IMG/VR virus record: IMGVR_UViG_3300022934_002389
Span: 62,001 to 126,000 of that record
Source: an uncultured virus (IMG/VR IMGVR_UViG_3300022934_002389)
Lineage: Duplodnaviria > Heunggongvirae > Uroviricota > Caudoviricetes
Reading direction: 5' to 3' (one strand)
DNA length: 64,000 nt
Shown: positions 10,033 to 19,640 of the stretch, in pieces
How the letters are laid out: each line of letters begins with the position of its first letter
Position numbering within the stretch: the first letter of the stretch is position 1
Translations under genes and position numbers: made by a program
Notes under the pieces: generated by a model
The model's input: the letters and a program-made list of their open reading frames with translations, nothing else
Database searches by the model: none
Told to the model about the DNA's origin: nothing

Positions 10033-12009
10033 TTATGCAGCCGTACCATCGTCTAAATTAATCCAAGCACCGTTTTGATAACCTTGGAATCTGTCTACTG
10101 ATTCGTTGTAAATAACCATGCCGTTGACAGCAGTTAATGCATTTCTATTTGCTGTTGTGTATTGACCAAACTGTATGTAGCCACCTGATGTGATAGTATT
10201 TTCTACAGCATCTACTATAATTGTAGAATCGTCAGCAACTAAACTACCTTTAAACGCCGACGCTGTAACATCACCCTCAAAAATACCTGAACCATTAACA
10301 TCTAATTCTGCACTAACAGTTGCTTTACCAATACCTACTTTGATTTGATCTGAATCGTTTGTTGTAAACATAACAAACTTTTCGTCAATTGTCAAATCGT
10401 TGTTTTTAGCAACACCTATGAATAATGCATCGTGTCCAGCTGTAATTTTGGAACTATTGATATCCCCGTCAATATCTGATATTGCGCCAAATTTTATTTC
10501 GCCTCTGATATCATAAACTCCGTCATCTAGTGCTGCATCTGCTTTATTCTTTTTGAGATCTAATTGCATTCTTCCTTCAAAAGAATTAAATTGAATAACT
10601 TGATCACCTGTTGTTTGCGATCTGTTTTCAAATAAAACTGTTAAATCATTTGGCAACCATCTAGTAAAGTGCATTTCTGATAGTTCTACTGATGTTAAAC
10701 TAACAGATGCTTCGTCGTATAAGTCACCGAATGTATTACCAAATAAATCACCTTGGAAAACTCCTGTCGGTGAACATTCAAAAGCACCTATAAATAAATT
10801 TCCTGTAAAAGTTTTATCCGCTGCATTTACTATTACTGCTGAATCATCTGCAATAACATTACCTTGCACGTTACCATTAAGTTGATTACTTACACCATCA
10901 ACAAGTATTGTAGAATCTTCGCCGATTAGATTACCTTGTACATCAATGGTATATGTTTGTCCGTCAACAATACCAATAGTAGGAGGAAAATTAAACAATC
11001 CGCTTGCATCACCCGTTACTCTATCAAAGTTACCAGTTGTTGCGTTAACTTCTTCAAACTTTGTTCCTACTCTACCAATTTTACCTGTTCCGCTAACAAC
11101 AGGGACAACATCTTTGTTGTTTAAAAAGTTTACACCGTTGACGTTAACAGAGCCACTTGGTGCAGTAATATCTATGTTTTGATCTGGTGATGTAATAACA
11201 CCACTGCCTGTGTATTCTGTATCTGCTCTTAATTTTCCTGCAACAGAATCTACCATTACAAAACTACTGTCTGAGAAAATACTACCTGTAACGTCACCAT
11301 CTAACGGACCAAAAATTTGATCAGCTTCTATATTACCGTTGAAGAATGAATTTCCGGTAATTGTTAATCCTAAACCAGCAAACGTTTGATTTGTTGCATC
11401 TAACAATAATGTGCTATCATCAGCAACAATGTTGATATTATAGTTACCACCACCTACAACACCTTCACCGCCACCTCCGCCAGTACTTGGAAGATTTGTT
11501 AAAAGACTACCGTCACCTACAAAAAAGTTTGCTGTTACTGTTTTAGAGAACGTATCAACCATAATAGTTGAATCATCTGCTACTACATCACCTGTAATAC
11601 TAATATCATATGTTTGGCCTTCGAGGATGCCTGTGCCTCCTCCTCCTCCGCCTGTTACTGGTAAGTTTGTAAGTCCGCTACCGTCACCTACAAATGACCC
11701 TGCGGTAACAGAACCAGTTGCTGTCATTGTATTTGCGCTAACATTAGCAGCAGCAGCAACTGATGTAGGACTAATAGTACCACCGATTGTGATATTACCT
11801 GTACCTACAATGTCAAAGTTATTAAGATCTAAATTTTGGCTTAGTACTGCTGGGGAACCACTTACACTACCTGTAACTCTGATACCGCCTAGTGTGCTGC
11901 CATCGCCCACGTAAATTTCTTGTGTATCAGTTGTGTAAACTAGTTCGCCTTCTGCAAACGTAACGCCCAACCTTTCAAGGTTTGTTCCGCGGCGAAGTCT
12001 CAATGTCAT
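10033..12009 (-). CDS. Tail fibre / virion structural protein with internal repeats
   Basis: N-terminal RLRRGT..GELVYTTDT..VGDG motif common in phage fibres; Gly/Asp/Thr-rich; repeated DDST(I/L)xVD; late promoter upstream. Confidence 0.7.
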   Translation of the reverse strand: MTLRLRRGTNLERLGVTFAEGELVYTTDTQEIYVGDGSTLGGIRVTGSVSGSPAVLSQNLDLNNFDIVGTGNITIGGTISPTSVAAAANVSANTMTATGSVTAGSFVGDGSGLTNLPVTGGGGGGTGILEGQTYDISITGDVVADDSTIMVDTFSKTVTANFFVGDGSLLTNLPSTGGGGGEGVVGGGNYNINIVADDSTLLLDATNQTFAGLGLTITGNSFFNGNIEADQIFGPLDGDVTGSIFSDSSFVMVDSVAGKLRADTEYTGSGVITSPDQNIDITAPSGSVNVNGVNFLNNKDVVPVVSGTGKIGRVGTKFEEVNATTGNFDRVTGDASGLFNFPPTIGIVDGQTYTIDVQGNLIGEDSTILVDGVSNQLNGNVQGNVIADDSAVIVNAADKTFTGNLFIGAFECSPTGVFQGDLFGNTFGDLYDEASVSLTSVELSEMHFTRWLPNDLTVLFENRSQTTGDQVIQFNSFEGRMQLDLKKNKADAALDDGVYDIRGEIKFGAISDIDGDINSSKITAGHDALFIGVAKNNDLTIDEKFVMFTTNDSDQIKVGIGKATVSAELDVNGSGIFEGDVTASAFKGSLVADDSTIIVDAVENTITSGGYIQFGQYTTANRNALTAVNGMVIYNESVDRFQGYQNGAWINLDDGTAA

Positions 12010-12017
12010 TTTATGTT

Positions 12018-12063
12018 CTCCTAAGGTGATAATAGTATTTGTATGTATTTATCACCTTAGGAG
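12018..12063 (-). promoter_or_regulatory. 15-bp perfect hairpin sequestering the fibre-gene SD, with a late-promoter motif (GATAAATA) at the 5'-arm/loop junction
   Basis: ctcctaaggtgataa (12018-12032) and ttatcaccttaggag (12049-12063); ATAAATA at 12052-12046. Confidence 0.8.
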
Positions 12064-12070
12064 GTTTTGT

Positions 12071-12388
12071 TTATCGATTTAGTTTAAGGAATTTATGAAC
12101 TCTTTTAGCAAGATCGCTTTTTAGTTGTTTAGTATCTAGCCTAAAATCTACGATATCAATTTGGTCTTCGTATTGCATAAACAAATTATCAAGGGTCTCT
12201 TCGATTTGGTCAATAGTTTGTTTTTTCTTACTATCGTCAACATCGATGTCCCATTGTGTACCGTTATGAAACTTAATTACAATTCTACTGAGGTATTCAA
12301 TAGGCAGTACTTCCATTTCAATGGATTCGAATATGTCATCCCAGTGTGTTTCCGTATCTGCTTCGTAATCAATAAGTTTCTTAGGCAC
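12071..12388 (-). CDS. Hypothetical protein
   Basis: ORF in operon; GTG at 12388 overlapping the upstream stop is preferred. Confidence 0.6.
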   Translation of the reverse strand: MPKKLIDYEADTETHWDDIFESIEMEVLPIEYLSRIVIKFHNGTQWDIDVDDSKKKQTIDQIEETLDNLFMQYEDQIDIVDFRLDTKQLKSDLAKRVHKFLKLNR

Positions 12389-12989
12389 TTGTTGTTGTTT
12401 TTTTCTTTTTGGTAGGAACAAGTTCTTCTGCTTGTTCTCTTAAGGCTTTGGCTTCTTTAAAAAGCCTATCTGCTTGTGATCTATAACTTGCTGCTAGATC
12501 TTCATCAGATAATACACTATCTGCTGGCGCAGAGGTCTGTTGTGCAACAGGTTCTTGTACATAATCATCTGCTGGCGCTGCTTGTGTTTTTGCTTCTTTG
12601 AACTCGGGCTTAATAGCAATATCGTCTAATGCTACACCTTGTTGTTCAGCAATAATCCTATTAAGTTCATCTAACATAATCGATGTTGATCTGTCAGGAA
12701 CCATCTCAATTTCATTTGTTGGAAATTTATTTAATCTTCCCGTTGAATGAAATGCTGCAAGCATATTTCTGCCATCTGGCAAAGTATCGCGAGCCATTGC
12801 TTCTGCAAGTTCGTTTGAGGTTTGACCTGCTGGTGATTCAACAAGTCTCATTAGTGCATCATGTTCGTCTGATGGTAGTGATTCGGTCATAACAACTAAA
12901 CAATTTTCAACGTCATTTGGAATTGTTCTATATGCTACTACCACAGACTTCTTATTTTTTGCAAGTCTTCCTACGTGTTTAAGTGGCAT
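12381..12989 (-). CDS. Hypothetical protein
   Basis: 202-aa ORF, coupled to neighbours. Confidence 0.7.
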   Translation of the reverse strand: MPLKHVGRLAKNKKSVVVAYRTIPNDVENCLVVMTESLPSDEHDALMRLVESPAGQTSNELAEAMARDTLPDGRNMLAAFHSTGRLNKFPTNEIEMVPDRSTSIMLDELNRIIAEQQGVALDDIAIKPEFKEAKTQAAPADDYVQEPVAQQTSAPADSVLSDEDLAASYRSQADRLFKEAKALREQAEELVPTKKKKTTTSA

Positions 12990-13242
12990 CTTCTTCTACT
13001 TCCTTTTCTGGTTTTGGCGCATCTGGATCAGGTGCGTCTCCTTGTTCAGCCTGTGCTGCTTTTTGCTGTTCTTCAACATTTTTTAAGAACGCTTCTAATT
13101 TGTTGTATACTGTACCTACAGCAGCCATCTCTCCTGGTTTAAATGAACCACGCTCACTAGCGATGTCAATAATACCTTTCATAACTGCTAGATCTTGAAT
13201 GTTTAGATCCATAGGATTTGGTTGTTGTTCTTGTTCAGACAT
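12979..13242 (-). CDS. Hypothetical protein
   Basis: ORF with SD AAGGAG. Confidence 0.7.
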   Translation of the reverse strand: MSEQEQQPNPMDLNIQDLAVMKGIIDIASERGSFKPGEMAAVGTVYNKLEAFLKNVEEQQKAAQAEQGDAPDPDAPKPEKEVEEDAT

Positions 13243-13278
13243 ATTCGGAATCTCCTTTATAATGTAATTATTTGATGT

Positions 13279-13560
13279 CTAGTTTCTATATTTTAAAAGT
13301 GGACAAGCAAGTGCAAAATAACTTAGTTCTTTTGATTCTTCAAACGCTATTTTAACTTTACTTGCTAACGGTTGTTCTGCTTCATAAACAACTTCTTTAT
13401 CGATATAATATCTTCCTTTAAGATTTGTTTGCACCCATTCTTCTAGTGCCTTTTGAATATTATATTTTTGGGGAATAACCATACATTCCCAATAGGGTGG
13501 ACAAAAATCCACCCGTCTAATATCAAAAACGTTTAAAGGGTTAATTTTGATTTTATCCAT
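13279..13560 (-). CDS. Hypothetical protein
   Basis: ORF coupled to the VWA gene. Confidence 0.65.
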   Translation of the reverse strand: MDKIKINPLNVFDIRRVDFCPPYWECMVIPQKYNIQKALEEWVQTNLKGRYYIDKEVVYEAEQPLASKVKIAFEESKELSYFALACPLLKYRN

Positions 13561-14872
13561 TTAATTCTTCGTAATGTGCAGTAAGACCAAATGGTGCTTC
13601 TAGTCCTTTATCATGGTGTCCATGGATAATAAAAATAGTATCACAGTAATCTGGATCACCCCAGCTACCGAAAGGATAGCCATCTGTAAACATAATAAAC
13701 TTCTTAGGCGTAATATCGTTTGCTTTCATGTAGGTCCAGTTAGCATCAAAGTCAGTGCCACCGCCTCCCATAACTTCGTAGTCGGTGAGACTTTCGCCGC
13801 AATCGGCACTAAAATCTTGTTCATTGTATACTTTAGTATCAAAGCACCACAATTTAATATTGTAATCTTTGAATTGGTCCATAATGCCTTGTACTTCGCT
13901 TAGAAAAATGTTTGCTTGTTCGTTTCCAATGGAGCCTGACATGTCAACACCAATACAAACATCAATAGTTTCTTGAAAGTTCATGCCTGGCAAAATAACA
14001 CCAGTATGCCAGCCTTTGCGTGAAGGACGCATAAATGTAAAATCATTTTTTACGGTGCTTTGGATTTGCTGACGGATGATTTCACCCCAGTTCATTTTAG
14101 GCTCAGTAAGGTCTTTAATAATTCTTGCAATTTCGCCCGGAGTGTTACCAGCGCCTGCGGCATTTGCTGCTGAAATCATGCTCTCTTTGATTTCGTCACG
14201 AATTTGTTTCATTTCTTCTTTTGAATATTTAGGTGCTTTACCCTTACCTTCGCCTTCTTCGTCTCCGTCATCTCCTTCTAAATCAAGGTGTTCGTCTAGC
14301 ATCTCTCCTAATTGTTTTAGGAATTCTTGGCCTTGTTTTTCAAACTCTGGAAACAGATCATCGTATACTTCTTCCGAAGTCCACCCTTCGTATTTAAAGT
14401 CTTGAAAACAATCAACGATGCTGGGTTTAACACCAATACGATCGCGAACAAGTAAATTGTTAACAATATAATCTGCTGAAATATTATAAAGCATAGGATG
14501 ACGATCATCTCTACGACCTAAGTGATCAAATACACAGTGTAGAATTTCGTGTGCAATTACAAACTCAATTTCTTTATTATCCATTGCATTAAAGAATTGA
14601 GTGTTAAAATACAAATTACGACCATCTACAGCGGCAGTCGGAATCCAGTCGTCAGCAGCAACAATTTTAAGACGTGTTGCCATATTACCAAAAAATGGAT
14701 GACGGAGTAGCAAACCTACTCGTGCAACAATGATACGATCTAATACTTCTTCACGCATCACAGAAAGAGCATCTTCTGTAATATCTAGATCAGGTTGCCA
14801 ATTTTTAAGTTTACTTGCAGTCTTGTCTGTAGACATTTGCATTGCAACGTATTGCGGTAAAAAATCTAACAT
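13553..14872 (-). CDS. Putative metallopeptidase with C-terminal VWA-like domain (DUF2201-type)
   Basis: HEILH zinc motif; DMSGS MIDAS, GGGGTDF, FTDG. Confidence 0.85.
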   Translation of the reverse strand: MLDFLPQYVAMQMSTDKTASKLKNWQPDLDITEDALSVMREEVLDRIIVARVGLLLRHPFFGNMATRLKIVAADDWIPTAAVDGRNLYFNTQFFNAMDNKEIEFVIAHEILHCVFDHLGRRDDRHPMLYNISADYIVNNLLVRDRIGVKPSIVDCFQDFKYEGWTSEEVYDDLFPEFEKQGQEFLKQLGEMLDEHLDLEGDDGDEEGEGKGKAPKYSKEEMKQIRDEIKESMISAANAAGAGNTPGEIARIIKDLTEPKMNWGEIIRQQIQSTVKNDFTFMRPSRKGWHTGVILPGMNFQETIDVCIGVDMSGSIGNEQANIFLSEVQGIMDQFKDYNIKLWCFDTKVYNEQDFSADCGESLTDYEVMGGGGTDFDANWTYMKANDITPKKFIMFTDGYPFGSWGDPDYCDTIFIIHGHHDKGLEAPFGLTAHYEELNG

Positions 14873-14902
14873 GTCATTCCTCTTATATCAGTGCCTATAT
14901 TT

Positions 14903-14930
14903 AATATAACATATTTAAGTTTTTTGTCAA
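14903..14930 (-). promoter_or_regulatory. Sigma70-like promoter TTGACA-16-TATATT with nested TAAATA
   Basis: Read directly upstream of the VWA gene. Confidence 0.6.
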
Positions 14931-14935
14931 CCATT

Positions 14936-14973
14936 AAAAAGAAAAAATGGGCAGAGTATATACCCTGCCCATT
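14936..14973 (-). terminator. Rho-independent terminator after the MoxR ATPase
   Basis: Stem AATGGGCAG.../...CTGCCCATT followed by a U-tract on the minus strand. Confidence 0.75.
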
Positions 14974-14985
14974 CCTGTGGCACAC

Positions 14986-16074
14986 TTACTGTTGTGCTGC
15001 CTTAATATACTTTCCATAACGATCATGGAACTCATCAAAACACTCAACAGCATCTGGATCGATTGGAAGACTGTATTGAGTAAGAGCAAGTTTGATACCC
15101 ATAACAACCAATTCCGTATCGAAATTATCCATTGCAAAACGCAAAAAGTTATTCACCTTAGCATCAAACTTTTTATCATTTTTTGCATCTGCATCTTGAA
15201 GTTCGTAACAAAGTGAAACAGTCAAGGAATACATGGCACTGATTTCTTTTGTGTTCAACTCTTTTACTTTACCATCTAAGATGTCTGATGGATTTGGCAT
15301 ACTCGATGCAACTTTACGGTGTGCCATAAACTTAACAGCAAGTCCTTCGCCAACCGAACCCGCTACAAGATCTGTAATAACTTCTTGATCATCTTCATCG
15401 TCAAGCAATTCGCTCACAAACGTCCATGTTCGTGGTGTTGCAAACGAACGACTTGGACTACGAGGATCAAAGTCAAACAAATCTTTTTTTGCAAACTGAA
15501 GATAACCAACTACATCTTTGTGTATCTTGTTAGCAACAGCCCACTCAAACCAGTCATTGAAATCAACAGCCAGTTCCAAGTGTACAAAACGGTTAGCAAG
15601 CGGAGCAGGCATGCGGTAAGTAACACCTTTGTCTGCTTCGCGGTTACCAGCCGCAATGATTACTACATTGTCAGGTAGTACATATGTACCAACCTTACGG
15701 TTAAGAATAAGTTGATATGCAGCCGCTTGTACAGCAGGTGCCGCTGAGTTCAACTCATCTAAAAACAAATAAATTGTCGAGAATTTTTTAGCAAATTCTT
15801 CGCTTGGAAGTTCTACAGGAGGAGCCCATTTCATTGTGTTATCATTTGCACTGTAGTAGGGCATACCTTTGATATCTGTAGGTTCCCAAAGTGACAAACG
15901 AACGTCAATGAGATATGAATTAGGTGTTGAAGTTTGAATCTGTTCAACAATTTCGGATTTACCAATACCTGGAGGCCCCCACAGGAAGATTGGACGTTTT
16001 TTAGCAATTGCTCGCTGAATTCGTGATTTAGCCTTGTTAGGGCTTACAGTACGTGTAATTTCTGCAACACTCAT
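14986..16074 (-). CDS. MoxR-family AAA+ ATPase
   Basis: GPPGIGKS Walker A, LFLDELN Walker B, AAGNR, LANRF; adjacent to the VWA protein. Confidence 0.85.
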   Translation of the reverse strand: MSVAEITRTVSPNKAKSRIQRAIAKKRPIFLWGPPGIGKSEIVEQIQTSTPNSYLIDVRLSLWEPTDIKGMPYYSANDNTMKWAPPVELPSEEFAKKFSTIYLFLDELNSAAPAVQAAAYQLILNRKVGTYVLPDNVVIIAAGNREADKGVTYRMPAPLANRFVHLELAVDFNDWFEWAVANKIHKDVVGYLQFAKKDLFDFDPRSPSRSFATPRTWTFVSELLDDEDDQEVITDLVAGSVGEGLAVKFMAHRKVASSMPNPSDILDGKVKELNTKEISAMYSLTVSLCYELQDADAKNDKKFDAKVNNFLRFAMDNFDTELVVMGIKLALTQYSLPIDPDAVECFDEFHDRYGKYIKAAQQ

Positions 16075-16114
16075 CTGTGTATTCCTTTCAATGTTAATCA
16101 GTGCCTATACAACT

Positions 16115-16142
16115 AATATAGCACCAAACAAGAAAGTGTCAA
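16115..16142 (-). promoter_or_regulatory. Sigma70-like promoter TTGACA-16-TATATT
   Basis: Upstream of the MoxR ATPase gene. Confidence 0.6.
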
Positions 16143-16534
16143 CCACTATTTTCTATTTTTTTTGATCTTTTTAAAGCTTTTGCTAAACCGTATTTTCTTA
16201 TATCTCCTGAGAAAAGAGTAAGTTCGACTGCTTTCTTTTCATTTGTTACGTACACTGCTCTTGATGTAAGGTAATATGGACAATCTATAAAATGATCCAG
16301 CCAAATTATAATTTGTGTTGTGATAGGCATGTCTAACGGAAAAGGTATCTCATAGTTTGCTAGTTCAATACTTTGTACTACATTCCATCCTTCATCAGTT
16401 AAACGTAGTCCGCCTTCGTCTTTTTCTCTAGTATTTTTCCACCATATAGGCAAATGTATTTTTACATTACTAGAAGAATCTGCTTCTCCTATTTGTTTTA
16501 AAAATATCTTTGTATATGCTTCTTTCCATTTCAT
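16139..16534 (-). CDS. Hypothetical protein
   Basis: ORF; ATG at 16534 (MKWKEAY) preferred. Confidence 0.65.
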   Translation of the reverse strand: MKWKEAYTKIFLKQIGEADSSSNVKIHLPIWWKNTREKDEGGLRLTDEGWNVVQSIELANYEIPFPLDMPITTQIIIWLDHFIDCPYYLTSRAVYVTNEKKAVELTLFSGDIRKYGLAKALKRSKKIENSG

Positions 16535-16541
16535 ATGGTAT

Positions 16542-17453
16542 TTAATCGTAATCTGCAAATCTATTGTGCAATAAGAATGCTTGATTGTATTCTATTATTT
16601 TGCTTATATCAGGCCAAATAGTTTGCCAATCTAATTTACAGATATAATCTATAGTTTCTACAATCTTTTGTAGTCTTTTTTCTTGATCTATTTCTTTATC
16701 ATAATCTTCTGACCAGAAATTATTAAATGTTTTAAATCCTAATTTATGTAAACTTTTTAAACTATTATTTTTGCCTACAATGACAAAAGGATGTGCAGCA
16801 AGAATAGTTTTAAATATTTTTTCTGAATGAAACATTGCATCTTCATTAAAGAAAGTTTCATTTACAACACTAAACCATGTGTTAAGAAAAATATCTCTAT
16901 TGAAATTGTTAGCCCAGTTTACATCAAAATCTTTTCTATCAACCACAAGGGGACTGTTTTCTAATTCTTCGTGCTCTGGATAACTAACAAGGTTGTTTTT
17001 TATAAGGCCTAGTTTTTTTAGTTTAATAATTATACTTAATCTGTGCTGTCTATTTTGCCTGTTTAAACAATTAAACAAATGTTTTCTTGTATTGTTGTAT
17101 TCTTTAATTGGAATAGGAACATGATCAGTTTTTACACGCTCTGCCCAAACAGGTTGTGCAATTATATTAATAGGTGTTGTAAATTGACTTTGTGCCTTGA
17201 ACCATCTTTTGTATCTTTTTTGTTCGTACAAATTGCTAGTAATTATATAAAGAGGTTTACCTCTAGGTATTTTATTGTGAATATATTTGTAGTGGTTATG
17301 TAGAGGAAATGCTTCTGACATTTGATCAATTACAAGGCGAGATCTATTCCAATGATCAATTAATTTATCTATCCATTCGTAAGGTCCTTCACTAAGCGTA
17401 TATCCACCTAATGGTTGTGCAGAAAGAACGGTACTATTCTGATACAACTTCAC
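16542..17453 (-). CDS. Hypothetical protein, possibly glycosyltransferase-like
   Basis: CLNR..R.HR, VVNET, SEKIFK..HPF, GFKTF; paralog of 39646-40512. Confidence 0.45.
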   Translation of the reverse strand: MKLYQNSTVLSAQPLGGYTLSEGPYEWIDKLIDHWNRSRLVIDQMSEAFPLHNHYKYIHNKIPRGKPLYIITSNLYEQKRYKRWFKAQSQFTTPINIIAQPVWAERVKTDHVPIPIKEYNNTRKHLFNCLNRQNRQHRLSIIIKLKKLGLIKNNLVSYPEHEELENSPLVVDRKDFDVNWANNFNRDIFLNTWFSVVNETFFNEDAMFHSEKIFKTILAAHPFVIVGKNNSLKSLHKLGFKTFNNFWSEDYDKEIDQEKRLQKIVETIDYICKLDWQTIWPDISKIIEYNQAFLLHNRFADYD

Positions 17454-17721
17454 CTTGTGTCAACTTTATTACTACAAATTTATCTGTTTTAAATTGTTGA
17501 TTTAATCTTTTTGCAAGATTATGTGCATGTCCTGGATTAGAAAAACTTGTTTTCTTATACTTAGGACCTGGATAGTTTGTAATTGAATTACTACTTTTTA
17601 AATTAAAAGGCTTGCCGTCGTAGAATACTGCCCAGATTGCATCTGCATCTAAAATTTGCTCACATTTGTACGTTGCACTATTTGTAAATTCTAACAGTAT
17701 TGTAGGCTTTGGTCTTGACAT
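17434..17721 (-). CDS. Hypothetical protein (late-promoter driven)
   Basis: ORF with AGGA SD and GATAAATA upstream. Confidence 0.7.
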   Translation of the reverse strand: MSRPKPTILLEFTNSATYKCEQILDADAIWAVFYDGKPFNLKSSNSITNYPGPKYKKTSFSNPGHAHNLAKRLNQQFKTDKFVVIKLTQGEVVSE

Positions 17722-17756
17722 ATACGTATCCTTTTAAAAACTACGTATATATTTAT
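17720..17756 (-). promoter_or_regulatory. Late-promoter motif plus 9-bp hairpin overlapping the start codon
   Basis: atatacgta (17720-28) and tacgtatat (17742-50); ATAAATA 17756-17750. Confidence 0.55.
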
Positions 17757-17760
17757 CTTT

Positions 17761-18003
17761 TTACCAACCAGTTCCGGCGTCTATATCAACTTTTATTACC
17801 TGATCTCCGAGTCCGCCGCTGTTTTCTTTTACATATTTTTCCATGTCGCCTTGTAATCTAGACATTACAATGCCCATAGTAAAAGCCAAGTTTTTTGCAG
17901 TAGTAATATCTAAACGCAAATCCTTGGCTCTACTATTCTCAGCAGCCTGTACTTGTTTAATAAATTGCTGTATAGGTTGTGTATTAAGAGGTTCTGTTGA
18001 CAT
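17761..18003 (-). CDS. Hypothetical protein
   Basis: ORF in operon. Confidence 0.65.
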   Translation of the reverse strand: MSTEPLNTQPIQQFIKQVQAAENSRAKDLRLDITTAKNLAFTMGIVMSRLQGDMEKYVKENSGGLGDQVIKVDIDAGTGW

Positions 18004-18457
18004 TGCTTAACATTAATTTCATTTCTAATTCAGTTTTGTATGGACCCATATACTTATTTCGCTCAAGTGTAATTAACTTAGGGCAAAAACTTTTTAACCA
18101 GTTTTTGTTAAATTTAATTAGATAGTATCCTGCACAATATACACTTTTAGATTTTTCACTTTTTGTAAAAAGCGGCAAGTTTCTGCTTATATCAAACATA
18201 CTGTTATAAGGTTTGTTTTTTGTAGGAAAGCCGTGTATTTCTCTTGTGTCTTCATCTACATCGGGTGTTGTAATTTTTGCTGTTAAGAAACTTTTGCCAA
18301 ATTCTTGTTTAATTTGTGTTTCACTATGAAATGTAACTACGCCTTTTTTTGTATAGATAAATTTATCTTCGTCTTTAGTAAGTGTACCTATACGGATGCC
18401 TTCATCCTCAACAATCCAAAATTTATCTTTTAATACTGGTTTTACATTCATTGTCAT
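17984..18457 (-). CDS. Hypothetical protein
   Basis: ORF coupled to the RNase H gene. Confidence 0.7.
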   Translation of the reverse strand: MTMNVKPVLKDKFWIVEDEGIRIGTLTKDEDKFIYTKKGVVTFHSETQIKQEFGKSFLTAKITTPDVDEDTREIHGFPTKNKPYNSMFDISRNLPLFTKSEKSKSVYCAGYYLIKFNKNWLKSFCPKLITLERNKYMGPYKTELEMKLMLSNVNRTS

Positions 18458-19437
18458 TTAATATACCTCGCTTGTAAAGGTTCTGCAAATGTTGCTGCTT
18501 GATCTGCTACACGTTGCATATCCCACTTTGCACAGAATTTCATAAGGCGCATGCCTACTTGTGAAATATTTTTAGATTCTACAGTTTGAATAGTCGTATC
18601 AATTTGTTCTCTAATATCATCTGGTTGTGCTGTAAGATCACACAATGTAACATTGCGGTTGTAATCATCTAGCACACGATGTTCTGCACCTTCATGATCT
18701 ACCCAACGTTGTAACATCATGTTGTTCCAGTTGAAGCCTTTTGTGTCTTTGTCAGCAAACGCTTCTAACAAACCTACTTTGTTCTTTGTGCCTTTTTTGC
18801 GTACACCTGGATATGCACTAAACACGTTGTCACTAGTGTCACCACGCATACATTTTTCAAACAACATAAATTCAGGGTCAGGAGCAGCCTTTGCTTCACC
18901 CGTTTTCTTATCAACTACCGCATGACCTTTATCGTCAAAGTAGCCTTTGTATGTAATAGTTGTGTTGCTCACACCGTTGTACTGTTGTACATTATGAGCA
19001 ATAAGTTGTGCAAAGTCACCGTCTGTTGAAATAATAATATGTTTGTCGTTGGGATGATTTTGTATCCAGCCTGCAATTAAGTCGTCTGCTTCTAGTACAG
19101 AATTGTGTAACACAGTGCAGTTTGTTTTTGTATCTACAAACTGTTTAAAGTCGTCAAACACTTCAAAAAAGATTTTATCTTCTTCTGCTTCACGTGGACT
19201 CATTGCATCTCGGTGTTCTTTGCGATTACGTTTGTAAGGCTCATAATAGTCCTTACGCCAACTGCGTCCTTCTAAACAAAACACAACATGATCTGCGTCA
19301 AAGTCACGCCATGCTTTCTTTACACTGTTAAGTGTAATGTGTAGTGCCATACCGACTTTAGTATCGATGTCGCCACGCACAACATGACGAGCACGAAAGA
19401 ATGTGTTAAGTGTGTCTACTAGTACATAGGTTGCCAT
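18454..19437 (-). CDS. rnh: T4-type RNase H / 5'-3' (flap) exonuclease
   Basis: LVD..N, SWRK..Y..YK.NR, EADD, STDGD, GDTSDNV. Confidence 0.85.
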   Translation of the reverse strand: MATYVLVDTLNTFFRARHVVRGDIDTKVGMALHITLNSVKKAWRDFDADHVVFCLEGRSWRKDYYEPYKRNRKEHRDAMSPREAEEDKIFFEVFDDFKQFVDTKTNCTVLHNSVLEADDLIAGWIQNHPNDKHIIISTDGDFAQLIAHNVQQYNGVSNTTITYKGYFDDKGHAVVDKKTGEAKAAPDPEFMLFEKCMRGDTSDNVFSAYPGVRKKGTKNKVGLLEAFADKDTKGFNWNNMMLQRWVDHEGAEHRVLDDYNRNVTLCDLTAQPDDIREQIDTTIQTVESKNISQVGMRLMKFCAKWDMQRVADQAATFAEPLQARYIK

Positions 19438-19640
19438 TAAAAAGCCTCTTCATATCCTTCATTACTAATAGCATTATAATACAATTCTGTGCCTTTGTCA
19501 AGATCTGTTTCAATCGTTTGATCAAATTTATAATCTTTATAACAATCAATAGTTACACGGTTATGTTTACGACTTACAGCAAATGCCATCGAATCTTTGT
19601 TTTTTGTTATAATCATATTCTTTGCAACTAGTTTAGCCAT
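19437..19640 (-). CDS. Hypothetical protein
   Basis: ATG at 19640 with GAGG SD. Confidence 0.55.
   Translation of the reverse strand: MAKLVAKNMIITKNKDSMAFAVSRKHNRVTIDCYKDYKFDQTIETDLDKGTELYYNAISNEGYEEAF
19473..19501 (-). promoter_or_regulatory. Consensus sigma70 promoter TTGACA-17-TATAAT
   Basis: Perfect consensus within the upstream small ORF, pointing to rnh. Confidence 0.7.
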
